This document shows, one piece after another, positions 17,602-26,833 of a stretch of DNA of 64,000 nucleotides; within the stretch, counting starts at the first letter, position 1, and each line of letters starts with the position of its first letter. The DNA is from Dehalococcoidia bacterium (GTDB lineage: Bacteria; Chloroflexota; Dehalococcoidia; Lucifugimonadales; UBA3495). Under the pieces are notes generated by a model, which did no database searches, had not been told where the DNA came from, and saw only the letters and a program-made list of their open reading frames with translations. The DNA is taken from assembly GCA_965199995.1 (NCBI GenBank), contig OZ241328.1, forward strand, positions 1,484,627 through 1,548,626. The letters are read 5' to 3'. The translations under genes were made by a program, and so were the position numbers.

Positions 17602-18729
17602 TCACGCCGGCACTGGTGCGGCGAACCGCTCCGGAGCGAAGTTCTCAATGGGGAGATGGGTGGCATCTGAAGTAACCAGATCCGCCACGGCCTTTCCGAT
17701 GCCTGGGGCTAGCAGGATGCCTTTCTTGCCCGCGCCCGTAGCCAGCCAAGCGTTTTTGTGTCCGGGGGCACGGCCCAAAATGGGCAGCCAGTCTGGAGTC
17801 ACAGGCCTCAGGCAAGCCGTGTGCATCACCAGGGTAGCTTCGGTTATCGCCGGCAGAATGCGTTTGACCCCGGCCAGTATGCGCTCTTTAGTCTCGGTCA
17901 GCGGCTGAAGGTCAAAGCCGCGCCAGTCCTCGGTGGTGCCGCACCATATTTGACCATCGGATTTGGCGTAAATGCTGGCGCCCTCTCCGGTAACATCATG
18001 CGCCAGCGGCTCTCCAGGCAGCCGCATACGCAGAATTTCGCCCTTGAGCGGGTCAACGGGAATGTATGCGTTTAACCATTGCTCTGCCTGCCGCGACCAC
18101 GGGCCCATAGCCAGCACCACGGCATCGCACTCCAATTCCCCGTCTTCCAGCAGCACCCGGCTTACTTGCCCATTGCCGGCCTGGAGTCCGCGCACGGCGC
18201 CCGGCCGTAGCTTCGCGCCCAAAGACTGGGCCGCCGCCGATAGCGCTTGCGTAAAGGCTAGGCTATCCACCTGGTAATTGCCGCGGGTGAATATGCATCC
18301 GGCGAAATCCGTGTTCACTCTCGGGTCCAGATTTTTCACTTGCTGGGGGTCGGTTATTGATGAGGCGAAACCCGCAGTGCGTATCAGCCTGTCTGTCATG
18401 GCTTCGAATTCAGGCACTTCCGACTCATCGAAGGTCAACCGGATTTCTGAAGTTTCCCGAAGCTGATAGTCAATTCCGGTCAGCTCTCCCAATTTGGGGT
18501 AGAGGCTGTGATGCATCCGGAAGGATTCCCAAGCGAAGGCAGCCAGCGGCCCCGGGATACCGTGCCCCGTGAGGGGGTTCAGCCCTCCGGCGGCGTATCC
18601 CGAAGCCTGCGAACCCACGCCCTCTCGCTCTATGATGACGCTGGACACGCCTGCCACGGCCAGGAAGTAGGCTACGCTGCAGCCTGCCGCTCCGCCACCG
18701 ATGATTGCTACTTCCGTCTTTTCAGCCAT
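17602..18729 (-). CDS. FAD-dependent oxidoreductase (DAO / glycine-sarcosine oxidase-like family)
   Basis: It has the N-terminal dinucleotide fold VAIIGGGAAGCSVAYFLA..VIIERE and a C-terminal ATGAGKKGILLAPGIG. Confidence 0.8.
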   Translation of the reverse strand: MAEKTEVAIIGGGAAGCSVAYFLAVAGVSSVIIEREGVGSQASGYAAGGLNPLTGHGIPGPLAAFAWESFRMHHSLYPKLGELTGIDYQLRETSEIRLTFDESEVPEFEAMTDRLIRTAGFASSITDPQQVKNLDPRVNTDFAGCIFTRGNYQVDSLAFTQALSAAAQSLGAKLRPGAVRGLQAGNGQVSRVLLEDGELECDAVVLAMGPWSRQAEQWLNAYIPVDPLKGEILRMRLPGEPLAHDVTGEGASIYAKSDGQIWCGTTEDWRGFDLQPLTETKERILAGVKRILPAITEATLVMHTACLRPVTPDWLPILGRAPGHKNAWLATGAGKKGILLAPGIGKAVADLVTSDATHLPIENFAPERFAAPVPA

Positions 18730-18858
18730 AAATCCTCGCGAGTATCGCTTATTGGGAGCTTATTGCGCCGGTGGCGAACCTGTCTGCGGTCCTGCCGTAG
18801 CGCGGCTTAGGGAGCAGGGTTACAATAGGGGTTAAATTTCCTCAGCGAGAGCATACCG

Positions 18859-19080
18859 ATGCCAATCTATGAATATTATTGCTCCAAGTGCGGCTACGAA
18901 TTCGAACTGATACTGCCAGTTTCCAGATCCAACGAAACCGCGCCTTGCAGCCGGTGTGATGAGCCGGCGCAACGGCAGCTTTCTAACTTTGCCTTCCGCT
19001 CCAATACCTTCACCGCGCCTAAGTTTAAGGCATCCCTGGAAAAGCCCATGCGCTCGCGCCCAGAAACTCTGGCGAACTAA
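18859..19080 (+). CDS. FmdB-family zinc-ribbon protein
   Basis: MPIYEYYCSKCGYEFE...CSRCDEP matches the CxxC..CxxC putative regulatory zinc-ribbon signature. Confidence 0.8.
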   Translation: MPIYEYYCSKCGYEFELILPVSRSNETAPCSRCDEPAQRQLSNFAFRSNTFTAPKFKASLEKPMRSRPETLAN

Positions 19081-19123
19081 CGGGACTGCGCTCGCCTCGC
19101 CCTATTCCTGGAGGACTAAAGAA

Positions 19124-19501
19124 CTAGGTAGCGTCCGCCGCGGCCTCTGCCCGCGCCTCGTTGCAGAGGATACAGGTGCAGGCTGCCCGAAGGGCCCTGT
19201 AGGTGTAAATGCCGGTATAGTGGGCATCGTCCCACAAGAACTGCATTCCGTAGTTGCCCACTGGCATATAGTCAATGGCCCGGACGTTGGCCGGCACCGA
19301 GTCCGGTTCCAGAATGGGCCTTCCGGTCATCTCCTCTATGCAACTGGCGCACGGGCAGCGCAGCCTGAGGTAGCGGTGGGGATAGGGACTGCGATGCCCA
19401 TCCTCCCACAAGATGATGATGGCGTTGTCTTCCAGGCTAATTTCGCGGGGAAAGGTTGGCTCTTGCATTAGTTTCGCCCTGTTCTGCTCGTAACTCTCCA
19501 T
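19124..19501 (-). CDS. DUF971 (gamma-butyrobetaine hydroxylase N-terminal-like) domain protein
   Basis: LEDNAIIILWEDGHRSPYPHRYLRLRCPCASC and FLWDDAHYTGIYTY are typical DUF971 strings. It lies 11 nt downstream of the TPP enzyme on the same strand. Confidence 0.75.
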   Translation of the reverse strand: MESYEQNRAKLMQEPTFPREISLEDNAIIILWEDGHRSPYPHRYLRLRCPCASCIEEMTGRPILEPDSVPANVRAIDYMPVGNYGMQFLWDDAHYTGIYTYRALRAACTCILCNEARAEAAADAT

Positions 19502-19512
19502 ACTGATTACGA

Positions 19513-21201
19513 TTACGACTGCGCCTGCACATCCGCCAGGCGAGCCGGGCGGGGCAGTTCGTCGGGGTCAATAGGTATTTCAATGATACTAGGCCTTCCC
19601 GCGCTGAGGGCCTCCAGCATGGCGTCGCCAACGTCTTCCGGGCGTTCCACGTAGAAGCCTGCGCCGCCGAACAACTCGGCATATTTATCGTAACGCGGGT
19701 TGAGGGTGTCAGCTCCGACGTAGCGCTCGTTGAAAGCGAAGCGCTGGTAGGCCTTTTCCGAACCCCAACTGCCGTTGTTCATTATTACCGTCACCACCGG
19801 AAGGTTATACTCGACGGCCGTGGCGAATTCCTGGGCATTGAACAAAAATCCTCCATCGCCGTTGAAGTTGACCACTGGACGGTTAGGGGCGGCAAATTGG
19901 GCGCCCAACGCAGCGGGGAAGCTGAAACCCAGCCCGCCCAAGTCCAGGGAGGTCATCAGGCTACGGGGCTGGAAGAAATTCAGCCGATCCTGCCCGAAGT
20001 TGGGCGCGAGGCCGGCGTCCAGGGCGACAATCGCATCTTTTGGCATCACTTTGCGCAGTTCCGCGTACACCCGTTGCGGCTTCATCGGCAGGCTGTCCAG
20101 CCGCTCCTCGCCGCGCAAACGCTCTACCCGGCGGGCATTCCAGCCCTTGACTTCCTCGGCCCATTGGGGGTTGACGCGCGGCTCCCGGTTTCGCAATTCC
20201 TCCAGCAGCCCTTCCGACACGACCCTTGCGTCGCCTTCAATACCGACGGTCACCGGGTAGTTGCGCCCTATCTCTTCCGGGTCTATCTCAATCTGGATTA
20301 TCCGGGCATCGGCCGGGATAAAGCGGTGGTCGTAGAACGTGGTGGACTGTCCCAGCCGAGTTCCGACGGCCAGGATTACATCAGCCTCCCGCACCGCCTC
20401 AATGCCCTCGGCGGCCCCCAGCCGTCCCAAGTGTCCGAGGAAATTGGGGTGGCCGGAGGAAACGGCGTCGGCCCGCCCATAGGAAGTAACGATGGCCGCG
20501 CCCGTCAATTCCGCCAAGCGGCAAACGGAGTCGCCGGCATTGCTCCACTGCACACCACCGCCGGCTAAGATAACGGGACGCTGAGCTGCGGCCAGCACAT
20601 CGGCGGCCTGCTGAATAAGCCCTAGGTCTCCCCGGGAGCGGGTCTGTCCCGGGCGATAGGCATCTGGAGGGAGCAACTCCATCTCCACCTCGGCTCCGGG
20701 CAGCAGGTCGCGGGGTATATCCAAAAGCACCGGCCCCATCTTGCCTGAAGTAGCCACCCGAAAGGCGTGGCGGAGGGCGTCGGGCAGGCGGTCTATGCGA
20801 TTGATGGGGAAGGCAGCCTTGGTGATGGGTTTGAACAAGGCCACCTGGTCGAATTCCTGAGTGGAGTTGCGATACTGGTCGCGGCGGGACGCCGACGGAG
20901 CGATCACCACGACCGGGGAATGTGCGACGTAAGCAGAGCCGATGCCATAGGTCAGGTTCAGCACGCCAGGCCCGTTGGTGGCTAAACACACGCTGGGGGT
21001 GCCTGCTATTCGGCTGAAGCCGTCGGCCATTAGCGCGGCTCCCTGCTCGTGGCGCACGCCGATGAACCGCATATCGTCGCGGTCGTACAAGGGGTCAAGA
21101 ATGTCGAGGAAGGACGATCCGACGATACCGAAAATGTGGGAAACGCCTTCCTGTCTCAGGAGTTCGATGACTGCCTCGCCGGCATTGAATCGCTGGGGCA
21201 C
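19513..21201 (-). CDS. thiamine-pyrophosphate-dependent enzyme (acetolactate synthase / sulfoacetaldehyde acetyltransferase superfamily; specific function unknown)
   Basis: An N-terminal Pyr domain (GVSHIFGIVGSSFLDILD..RHEQGAALMADGFSR..NGPG) and a C-terminal PP domain (GLGFSFPAALGA..NGDGGFLFN..NNGSWG) are present. Confidence 0.85.
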   Translation of the reverse strand: MPQRFNAGEAVIELLRQEGVSHIFGIVGSSFLDILDPLYDRDDMRFIGVRHEQGAALMADGFSRIAGTPSVCLATNGPGVLNLTYGIGSAYVAHSPVVVIAPSASRRDQYRNSTQEFDQVALFKPITKAAFPINRIDRLPDALRHAFRVATSGKMGPVLLDIPRDLLPGAEVEMELLPPDAYRPGQTRSRGDLGLIQQAADVLAAAQRPVILAGGGVQWSNAGDSVCRLAELTGAAIVTSYGRADAVSSGHPNFLGHLGRLGAAEGIEAVREADVILAVGTRLGQSTTFYDHRFIPADARIIQIEIDPEEIGRNYPVTVGIEGDARVVSEGLLEELRNREPRVNPQWAEEVKGWNARRVERLRGEERLDSLPMKPQRVYAELRKVMPKDAIVALDAGLAPNFGQDRLNFFQPRSLMTSLDLGGLGFSFPAALGAQFAAPNRPVVNFNGDGGFLFNAQEFATAVEYNLPVVTVIMNNGSWGSEKAYQRFAFNERYVGADTLNPRYDKYAELFGGAGFYVERPEDVGDAMLEALSAGRPSIIEIPIDPDELPRPARLADVQAQS

Positions 21202-21340
21202 GCTCGGCCTCCGGGTTTAACAATTGCATGGCAGTTTAACACACGACGGCATCCGTTCCGCGCCCTTTGCGCTTCGCCGCCGAAATCCATACAATCGGAT
21301 ACAAAATGAGTCGGCCCTTCCAGGCCCGGAGGATATACCA

Positions 21341-22117
21341 ATGGACTACGAGCATCTGCTGGTGGAAGTCGAAGACAAGGTAAAAGTTATTACTATGAAC
21401 CGCCCGGAAATACTCAACGCGATGAACCACAAGCTGGATGAGGAACTGCATCACGCCGTGATGTCGGGCAACAAGGACGACGGAATCGGCTGCATTGTTA
21501 TCACGGGAGCGGGGGAGAGGGCCTTTTCGGCGGGCGGTGACATCCACGAACAACGGGTGCACGCTCGCGAACTGACCGAGGAGCAGCGAGAGGCCAATTC
21601 CCTTCAGTATCAGAACTGGATGTATGACATCTCCGCCTCACCCAAGCCGGTCATCGGCATGATGAACGGTCTGGCTTACGGCGGTGGGGCCGTGCTGGCA
21701 TCCTGCCTGGATATGCGGGTCGGCTGCGAAAACACCCGCTTCCGTTTCTTGGCCGTAGCCTATGGGCGCATCAACAGCACCTGGACGCTGACCAACCAAG
21801 TTGGCTGGCCCGCGGCCAAAGAGTTTCTGTTCACCGGGCGGGTTGTGGAGGCCGAAGAAGCCTATCGGGTCGGCCTGCTTAACCACCTGGTGCCGACATC
21901 GGAACTGCGCGACAAGACGATGGAAATCGCGTCCACCATTGCCGGGCACCGTCCGGAGTCGGTGATAGGCATCAAGGAGATTTTGCTCCGGGACAAGGCC
22001 GCGGACCTGCGGGGGATGTGGGAGAACGAGGTTGACTACACCACAAATCAGGTTAAGGGATATGGCGTGGAGCAGGCGTTCCCCGAGTTTATAACCCGCC
22101 GGGGCCGGCCGCTTTAG
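21341..22117 (+). CDS. enoyl-CoA hydratase/isomerase (crotonase) family protein
   Basis: It contains KVITMNRPEILNAM, VITGAGERAFSAGGDI and NGLAYGGGAVLA. An ATG at 21341 is preceded by GGAGGA, and the ORF-track start at 21224 is probably too long. Confidence 0.85.
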   Translation: MDYEHLLVEVEDKVKVITMNRPEILNAMNHKLDEELHHAVMSGNKDDGIGCIVITGAGERAFSAGGDIHEQRVHARELTEEQREANSLQYQNWMYDISASPKPVIGMMNGLAYGGGAVLASCLDMRVGCENTRFRFLAVAYGRINSTWTLTNQVGWPAAKEFLFTGRVVEAEEAYRVGLLNHLVPTSELRDKTMEIASTIAGHRPESVIGIKEILLRDKAADLRGMWENEVDYTTNQVKGYGVEQAFPEFITRRGRPL

Positions 22118-22427
22118 AGAGCGGCCTCTCGCGGGGCGGGGCGGGGCTGCGGCGGACCGGATTGATTGCCCGCGCGCTGTCGGCAATCAAGGCGCCTCAA
22201 AATCCAGCGCCAGCGCAGCAAGCAGGGCTTTGGCTGCGCGCAGATCCCTATAAGCGAGGCAGGCGCAAACCGACAGCATCACCGACTCCGCGAAATCGGC
22301 AACGAACACTATCTCGAACCCGATTATGATGGTGAGCGTCCATGATATGCCCGCTATTCCCCCGCTATTCCTAATGATGAAAATCAGGTAGATAACCGCG
22401 ATTAGGGAGCGGAAAATGCCGATGCAC

Positions 22428-22724
22428 AACCCGCCGCACCCGGCGAAATCGTTAAATTAGAGTGCCTTGAGCCGCTAGGGTTGTCCGTAACCAGGCAGCT
22501 AAAGGTTTGGGCGTGGCCCGTCAAGCGCTGTCTGATTTGATAAACGAAAAGCCCGGCGTATCAAGGAAAAGCCCGACGTATCCATGGATATGGCTGTTCG
22601 TCTGTCCAAAGCCTTTGGCTCCACACAAGAAACCTGGCCGGGAGTTCAGATGGATTACAATCTCTGGCAGGCTCAAGCGCGCGCCGAGAGCATCGAAGTA
22701 GAGCGGTTCGAGCCGGTAGCCTAA
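22428..22724 (+). pseudogene. HigA-type (Xre HTH) antitoxin remnant with frameshifts and a 20-bp tandem duplication
   Basis: Pieces lie in three frames: HP(G)EIVKLECLEPLGLSVT, KGLGVARQALSDLINEKPGVS, and EKPDVSMDMAVRLSKAFGSTQETW..QMDYNLWQAQARAESIEVERFEPVA. The HigA consensus, as I recall it, is HPGEIL.EEFLEPLG..LA..LGV....L.ELI.GKR.IS.DMALRL...FGTS.EFWLNLQ..YDL. The duplication at 22546-22583 shifts the frame. Confidence 0.55.
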
Positions 22725-22904
22725 CCGTTTGACATCCCCGAAAAACGGAGCCTGATCCACATCCGCAGGATAATCAAGCGGGAAGAACCGTTCGCGTAGC
22801 CCTATTCATAAACACCGGCGACGGCCCTCTTTCTCCAAACCGGAGGAGTCCCGGCGGTTATTCATACGTTCGCAAGGCGGAGGGGGCTGGGCCAACGGGC
22901 AATC

Positions 22905-23537
22905 CTACTCGCTGAGCGTGCCTTTGGTGCTGGGAATGGCGTGGGGCGAGCGGGGGTCCGGCTCCAGGGCGTCGCGCAGGGCGCGGGCAGTCGCCTTGCA
23001 CAAGGCTTCGGCCTTGTGGTGGGGGTCTATGCCAGTGAGGATTTTGGCGTGGAGGTTAATCTTCCCTTCCAGGGCGAAGGATTCGAAGAAGTGGCGCACC
23101 AGAGACCCAGGCAGCGTCTCCACCATGGAATCGTCTATGGTGGTCTCGATGACCGCATATCCCCGGCCAGAACAGTCCAGCGCCACCATCGCCAGCGTTT
23201 CATCCAGCGGCACGATGGCGTGGCCCATACGGCGAATACCACGGGCGTCGCCGATGGCTTCGTTGAAGGCCCGGCCCAGAGTGATGCCCACGTCCTCCAC
23301 TAGATGGTGCCACCCGGTGTGCAGGTCGCCCTGAGCTTTAAGATCTATGTCAATCAGTCCGTGCCGGGAAATCTGGCTGACCATGTGGTCGAGGAAACCG
23401 TTGCCAGTATCCACGTCATAGACGCCGACTCCGTCCAGGTTCAAGGAAAGTCGAATGTCGGTTTCGCCGGTGGCGCGGTGAAGCGTCGCCGTACGGCCCT
23501 CCGGTACGGCGGCAGGCAGATTCGATGCGTCAGCCAT
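22905..23537 (-). CDS. hisB: imidazoleglycerol-phosphate dehydratase
   Basis: It contains TGETDIRLSLNLDG, GNGFLDHMVSQ and GDLHTGWHHLVEDVGI. An ATG at 23537 overlaps the hisC stop by 8 nt. Confidence 0.9.
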   Translation of the reverse strand: MADASNLPAAVPEGRTATLHRATGETDIRLSLNLDGVGVYDVDTGNGFLDHMVSQISRHGLIDIDLKAQGDLHTGWHHLVEDVGITLGRAFNEAIGDARGIRRMGHAIVPLDETLAMVALDCSGRGYAVIETTIDDSMVETLPGSLVRHFFESFALEGKINLHAKILTGIDPHHKAEALCKATARALRDALEPDPRSPHAIPSTKGTLSE

Positions 23538-24642
23538 CGGCGCCCTCCGTAAGTTCGGCCAAGGCCGCCGCCACTGCGTCATTCTCCTCTGGTAAGCCGA
23601 CGGAAGTTCGGATGCAGTCCCTGAGCCGGGCGTTGTTCCAGTAGCGAAGGAATATGCCCCGATTGCAGAGACCGTCGAACACTTCCTGACCACTGCCCTC
23701 GGGCAGTCGGCACAGGATGAAATTCGCCTTTGACGGGTAGGGTCTGACGGTAGGAATGGCCGCAAGCAGCCCGTGCATTCGTTCCCGCTCCGCCACGATG
23801 GCGTTTACCCGTTCCAAGAGGGCCGGCATATCCTCCAGCGATGCTATTAGAGCCGTTTCCGCCGCCAGGTTGACGTTATAGGGCGGCTTGACGGACATCA
23901 TCGTCCGGGCCAGGTCGGGGTGCATCGCGCCGAGGCCGATACGCAGCCCGGCCAGTCCCGCCCACTTGCTAAAGGTACGCAAAACTACCAGATTGGGGAA
24001 TTCTTCCAGTAGAGGCATCAGGGTTTGGCCACAGAATTCGTAGTATGCCTCATCCACTATTACCAGAATCCCGGTGTCCAGCAATGCCCGCACTTCGGCC
24101 TCGGTGGGCATATTGCCGGTGGGATTGTTGGGCGAGCAGACGACGATGGCTTTAGTTCGGGGCGTAATCGCCAGCTTTACCTCTTCCATGTCGATCTCGA
24201 ACTCTGCGTCTCGCGGGACAGAAAAGGCTTCCCCGCCACAAACCTCGGCCCCTAGCGAATACATCCCGAATGTGGGAGTCGAGTTAATGATGTTATCGCC
24301 GGGGCCGATGAACATCCTAAACAGCATATCTATGAGCTCATCGCTCCCATTGCCTGCGATGATGTGTTCCGGACCGACGCCGACATAGGAGGAGAGGGCC
24401 TGCCGCAACTGGCGCTGCTCCGGGTCGGGATAGTGATTGAAGTTGGGGAATTCAGCCAGAGCCTTTGCCACTGCCGGGGAGGGCCCATAGGGGTTCTCAT
24501 TGCCGTTGAGCCGGATAATTCTTTCCGACGGAATTCCGGCCCGTTCGGCCATCACTTCGACCGGCTCAACGCCCTGGTAGACGTCCAAGCCGCGGATGTG
24601 GGGGAGCATTGACTGTTGCAACTGCTGAGAAAACTCGGCCAT
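23530..24642 (-). CDS. hisC: histidinol-phosphate aminotransferase
   Basis: It contains LNGNENPYGPS, a PLP-lysine region (TFSKWAGLAGLRIG) and operon context. The Met at 24642 is the likely start. Confidence 0.9.
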   Translation of the reverse strand: MAEFSQQLQQSMLPHIRGLDVYQGVEPVEVMAERAGIPSERIIRLNGNENPYGPSPAVAKALAEFPNFNHYPDPEQRQLRQALSSYVGVGPEHIIAGNGSDELIDMLFRMFIGPGDNIINSTPTFGMYSLGAEVCGGEAFSVPRDAEFEIDMEEVKLAITPRTKAIVVCSPNNPTGNMPTEAEVRALLDTGILVIVDEAYYEFCGQTLMPLLEEFPNLVVLRTFSKWAGLAGLRIGLGAMHPDLARTMMSVKPPYNVNLAAETALIASLEDMPALLERVNAIVAERERMHGLLAAIPTVRPYPSKANFILCRLPEGSGQEVFDGLCNRGIFLRYWNNARLRDCIRTSVGLPEENDAVAAALAELTEGADG

Positions 24643-24682
24643 GTTTTTCCGCCTGCCCGATTCTGTCCTAAATATGGGGGAC

Positions 24683-26038
24683 TTAGCCAACGGTCGCTTC
24701 GAGGGAATCCAGCCGCACTTGCACCGCTCCTGCGTGCCCGGCCAAACCTTCGGCATTGGCTATCTGCACTGCGGCAGGGCCAAGATGACGGAAATCATCC
24801 GGGCTTAGGCCGACGACCGGCATCGTGCGAAGAAAGTGGTGGACGCTCAGAGCAGAACCAAACCGCGCAGTACCGCCGGTGGGCATAACGTGGCTGGGCC
24901 CCGCGATGTAGTCCCCCATAACTTCCGGCGAGTACTCTCCCAGAAATAAGCCTCCGGCGTGGTGTATACAGTCAACCCAGCTCCAAGGCTCTCGCAAGAG
25001 CAGGCACAGATGCTCGGGCGCGATGCGGTTGACCAGATCAACCCCTTCCTCCAAGGAGTTCACCAGCACTACTCGACCTTGCCGCTCCAACGCTTGCCGG
25101 GCCACGTCTCCCCGGGGGGCGGCGGCGAGCTGCGCCTCCAGCCGATTCTCCACGCGAGCGACGAGAGCATCGCTGTCTGTTACCAGAATCGCCGTCGCCA
25201 GCGGGTCATGCTCCGCTTGGGCGACAAGGTCGGCGGCGCAGAAATCGGCGTTAGCCCCATCATCGGCCAGGATGATGGTCTCGGTAGGGCCAAAAACACC
25301 GTCGATATCCACCGCGCCCTGCACCAGTTTCTTGGCGTAGGCCACGAAAATGTTGCCGGGACCGCATATTTTGTCCGCCCGGGGAATGGACTCGGTTCCG
25401 TAGGCTAAGGCGCCGATGGCCGGGACGCCGCCGACCTGGTACATAGAGTCCACCCCGGCAATCTTGGCGGCGGCCACCACGGCGGGGTTCAAGGGCTGCG
25501 ACCCGGTCCGGGGGGTGGTCAGTATTATCTCGCCAACACCGGCAACGCGAGCCGGTATCACGGTCATCAGCACGGTGGAAGGATAGGCCGCGCTGCCGCC
25601 GGGGGCATACACGCCGACCCGCGCCAGCGGACGCACCAGCTCGCCTAGTCCTTGGACAGAATCCATCCACTGACCAGGGAGGGTTGACTGATGGAACGAC
25701 CGGATGCGTTCCGCAGCCAGCTCCAGGGAGTCCCAAAGCTCCGGGCTAATCTGTTCGCTGGCGGCGTCCAACTCGGCCTGCGGGATGCGAAAGTCCTCGA
25801 GATCCGCCCCATCCAACAGCTTCGCGTAACGGCGGACAGCAGCGTCGCCTTCCCGCTTCACGTCGGCCAGCATCCGCACCACCGACTCTGCCGGAGACAC
25901 ACCTTCACCGAACGCCTGACGGGTCCGCTCCAGCACCGATTCAGGCAGTGAAGACAGGTCCAGGGGGTCAATGCGGGCCAAAACGTTTTCGGCGTTCTCA
26001 ATGCCGCGAATTATCTTCAGGGGAGAGTTAGCAGGCAC
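24683..26038 (-). CDS. hisD: histidinol dehydrogenase
   Basis: It contains AGPSHVMPTGGTARF, QAEHDP and GPGNIFV, all hisD signatures. Confidence 0.95.
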   Translation of the reverse strand: MPANSPLKIIRGIENAENVLARIDPLDLSSLPESVLERTRQAFGEGVSPAESVVRMLADVKREGDAAVRRYAKLLDGADLEDFRIPQAELDAASEQISPELWDSLELAAERIRSFHQSTLPGQWMDSVQGLGELVRPLARVGVYAPGGSAAYPSTVLMTVIPARVAGVGEIILTTPRTGSQPLNPAVVAAAKIAGVDSMYQVGGVPAIGALAYGTESIPRADKICGPGNIFVAYAKKLVQGAVDIDGVFGPTETIILADDGANADFCAADLVAQAEHDPLATAILVTDSDALVARVENRLEAQLAAAPRGDVARQALERQGRVVLVNSLEEGVDLVNRIAPEHLCLLLREPWSWVDCIHHAGGLFLGEYSPEVMGDYIAGPSHVMPTGGTARFGSALSVHHFLRTMPVVGLSPDDFRHLGPAAVQIANAEGLAGHAGAVQVRLDSLEATVG

Positions 26039-26071
26039 TTGGCGGCTCCGGCGTAAAAGTTCTTTCAGGGG

Positions 26072-26833
26072 TTAGTCGGGCAGGAACTCCCGCACATGGG
26101 CTATGGTGGCCGCTACGGCTTCCCGGCGATAGTTTTCTATCTGGGCTTCGGGAATTTTCCGGTATACCTCTTCCAGGCTGTACGGCATCCGGTCAAGGAA
26201 ACAGTCAACGTACTGTTGCACTTCATCGTTGTCGCGGTACATCCGGTTGACAGCGAATTTCAGCCGCGACCAATCAAATTCTCTAGCCACAAACCCGGAA
26301 ACCCGTTCCTTCCATTGCGTGAGCAGGCCGTCCTCAAAAAAGGCTACAGACACCCCGGCGTCGCCGCAGGAAACGACACATCCTGCGTCCAGGGGGCCCC
26401 GAACGTCGGGCAAGGACATCCGGTCCATATCGAGCTGTATGGCGCGGTCCCAGATATCCGCCTCTATCTGGTCGCTGGTCAGGGGAGACCCCTCGCTGGT
26501 GTCGAAGTTGGGGCGGTAGACGGTGGTTATCCACACCTCGTCGGCAGCTAGGTGGCAAACATATCCCAGAAGGAAAGTTCGCGTCGCCAGGGACTGTGCG
26601 CTCTCGTCCCTCAGTTCCGGGTAATTCTGAAACATAGTACGGGTTCCGGTGCCAACCTCTCGCACGGAAAGCGGGGCGAAGTGGGTCTGTTCGCGAGGCC
26701 ACTTGGTCATAGCGCGAATGTCGGGAGAGGTAGAGCCAAGGTAGAAGCTGCCGATATGGTCATAAACATAGCCCCAATCAAGCTGCTCAGCAACCTGATG
26801 AGCTATATAAATGTGCATGGGCAGGTTGGGCAT
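26072..26833 (-). CDS. zinc-dependent phospholipase C-like (PF00882-type) family protein, function unknown
   Basis: The pattern MPNLPMHIYIAHQV.., FYLGSTSPD, THF, GYVCHLAADEVW resembles the His/Asp metal-ligand pattern of proteins annotated this way. The call rests on memory of the family only. Confidence 0.5.
   Translation of the reverse strand: MPNLPMHIYIAHQVAEQLDWGYVYDHIGSFYLGSTSPDIRAMTKWPREQTHFAPLSVREVGTGTRTMFQNYPELRDESAQSLATRTFLLGYVCHLAADEVWITTVYRPNFDTSEGSPLTSDQIEADIWDRAIQLDMDRMSLPDVRGPLDAGCVVSCGDAGVSVAFFEDGLLTQWKERVSGFVAREFDWSRLKFAVNRMYRDNDEVQQYVDCFLDRMPYSLEEVYRKIPEAQIENYRREAVAATIAHVREFLPD

Noticed and set aside
22187-22429. An 80-aa minus-strand hydrophobic ORF (MCIGIFRSLIAVIYLIFII..).
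   Set aside because: It could be a small membrane protein, but I recognised no SD or homology. It lies where a decayed higB would be expected on the other strand and contains an 11-bp tandem duplication. The evidence is insufficient to call it a gene.
22507-22701. ORF-track entry of 64 aa, treated as a possible intact gene.
   Set aside because: Only its first third (..GVARQALSDLINEKPGVS) is HigA-like. The remainder is out of frame because of the 20-bp duplication. It is reported instead as part of the higA-like pseudogene.
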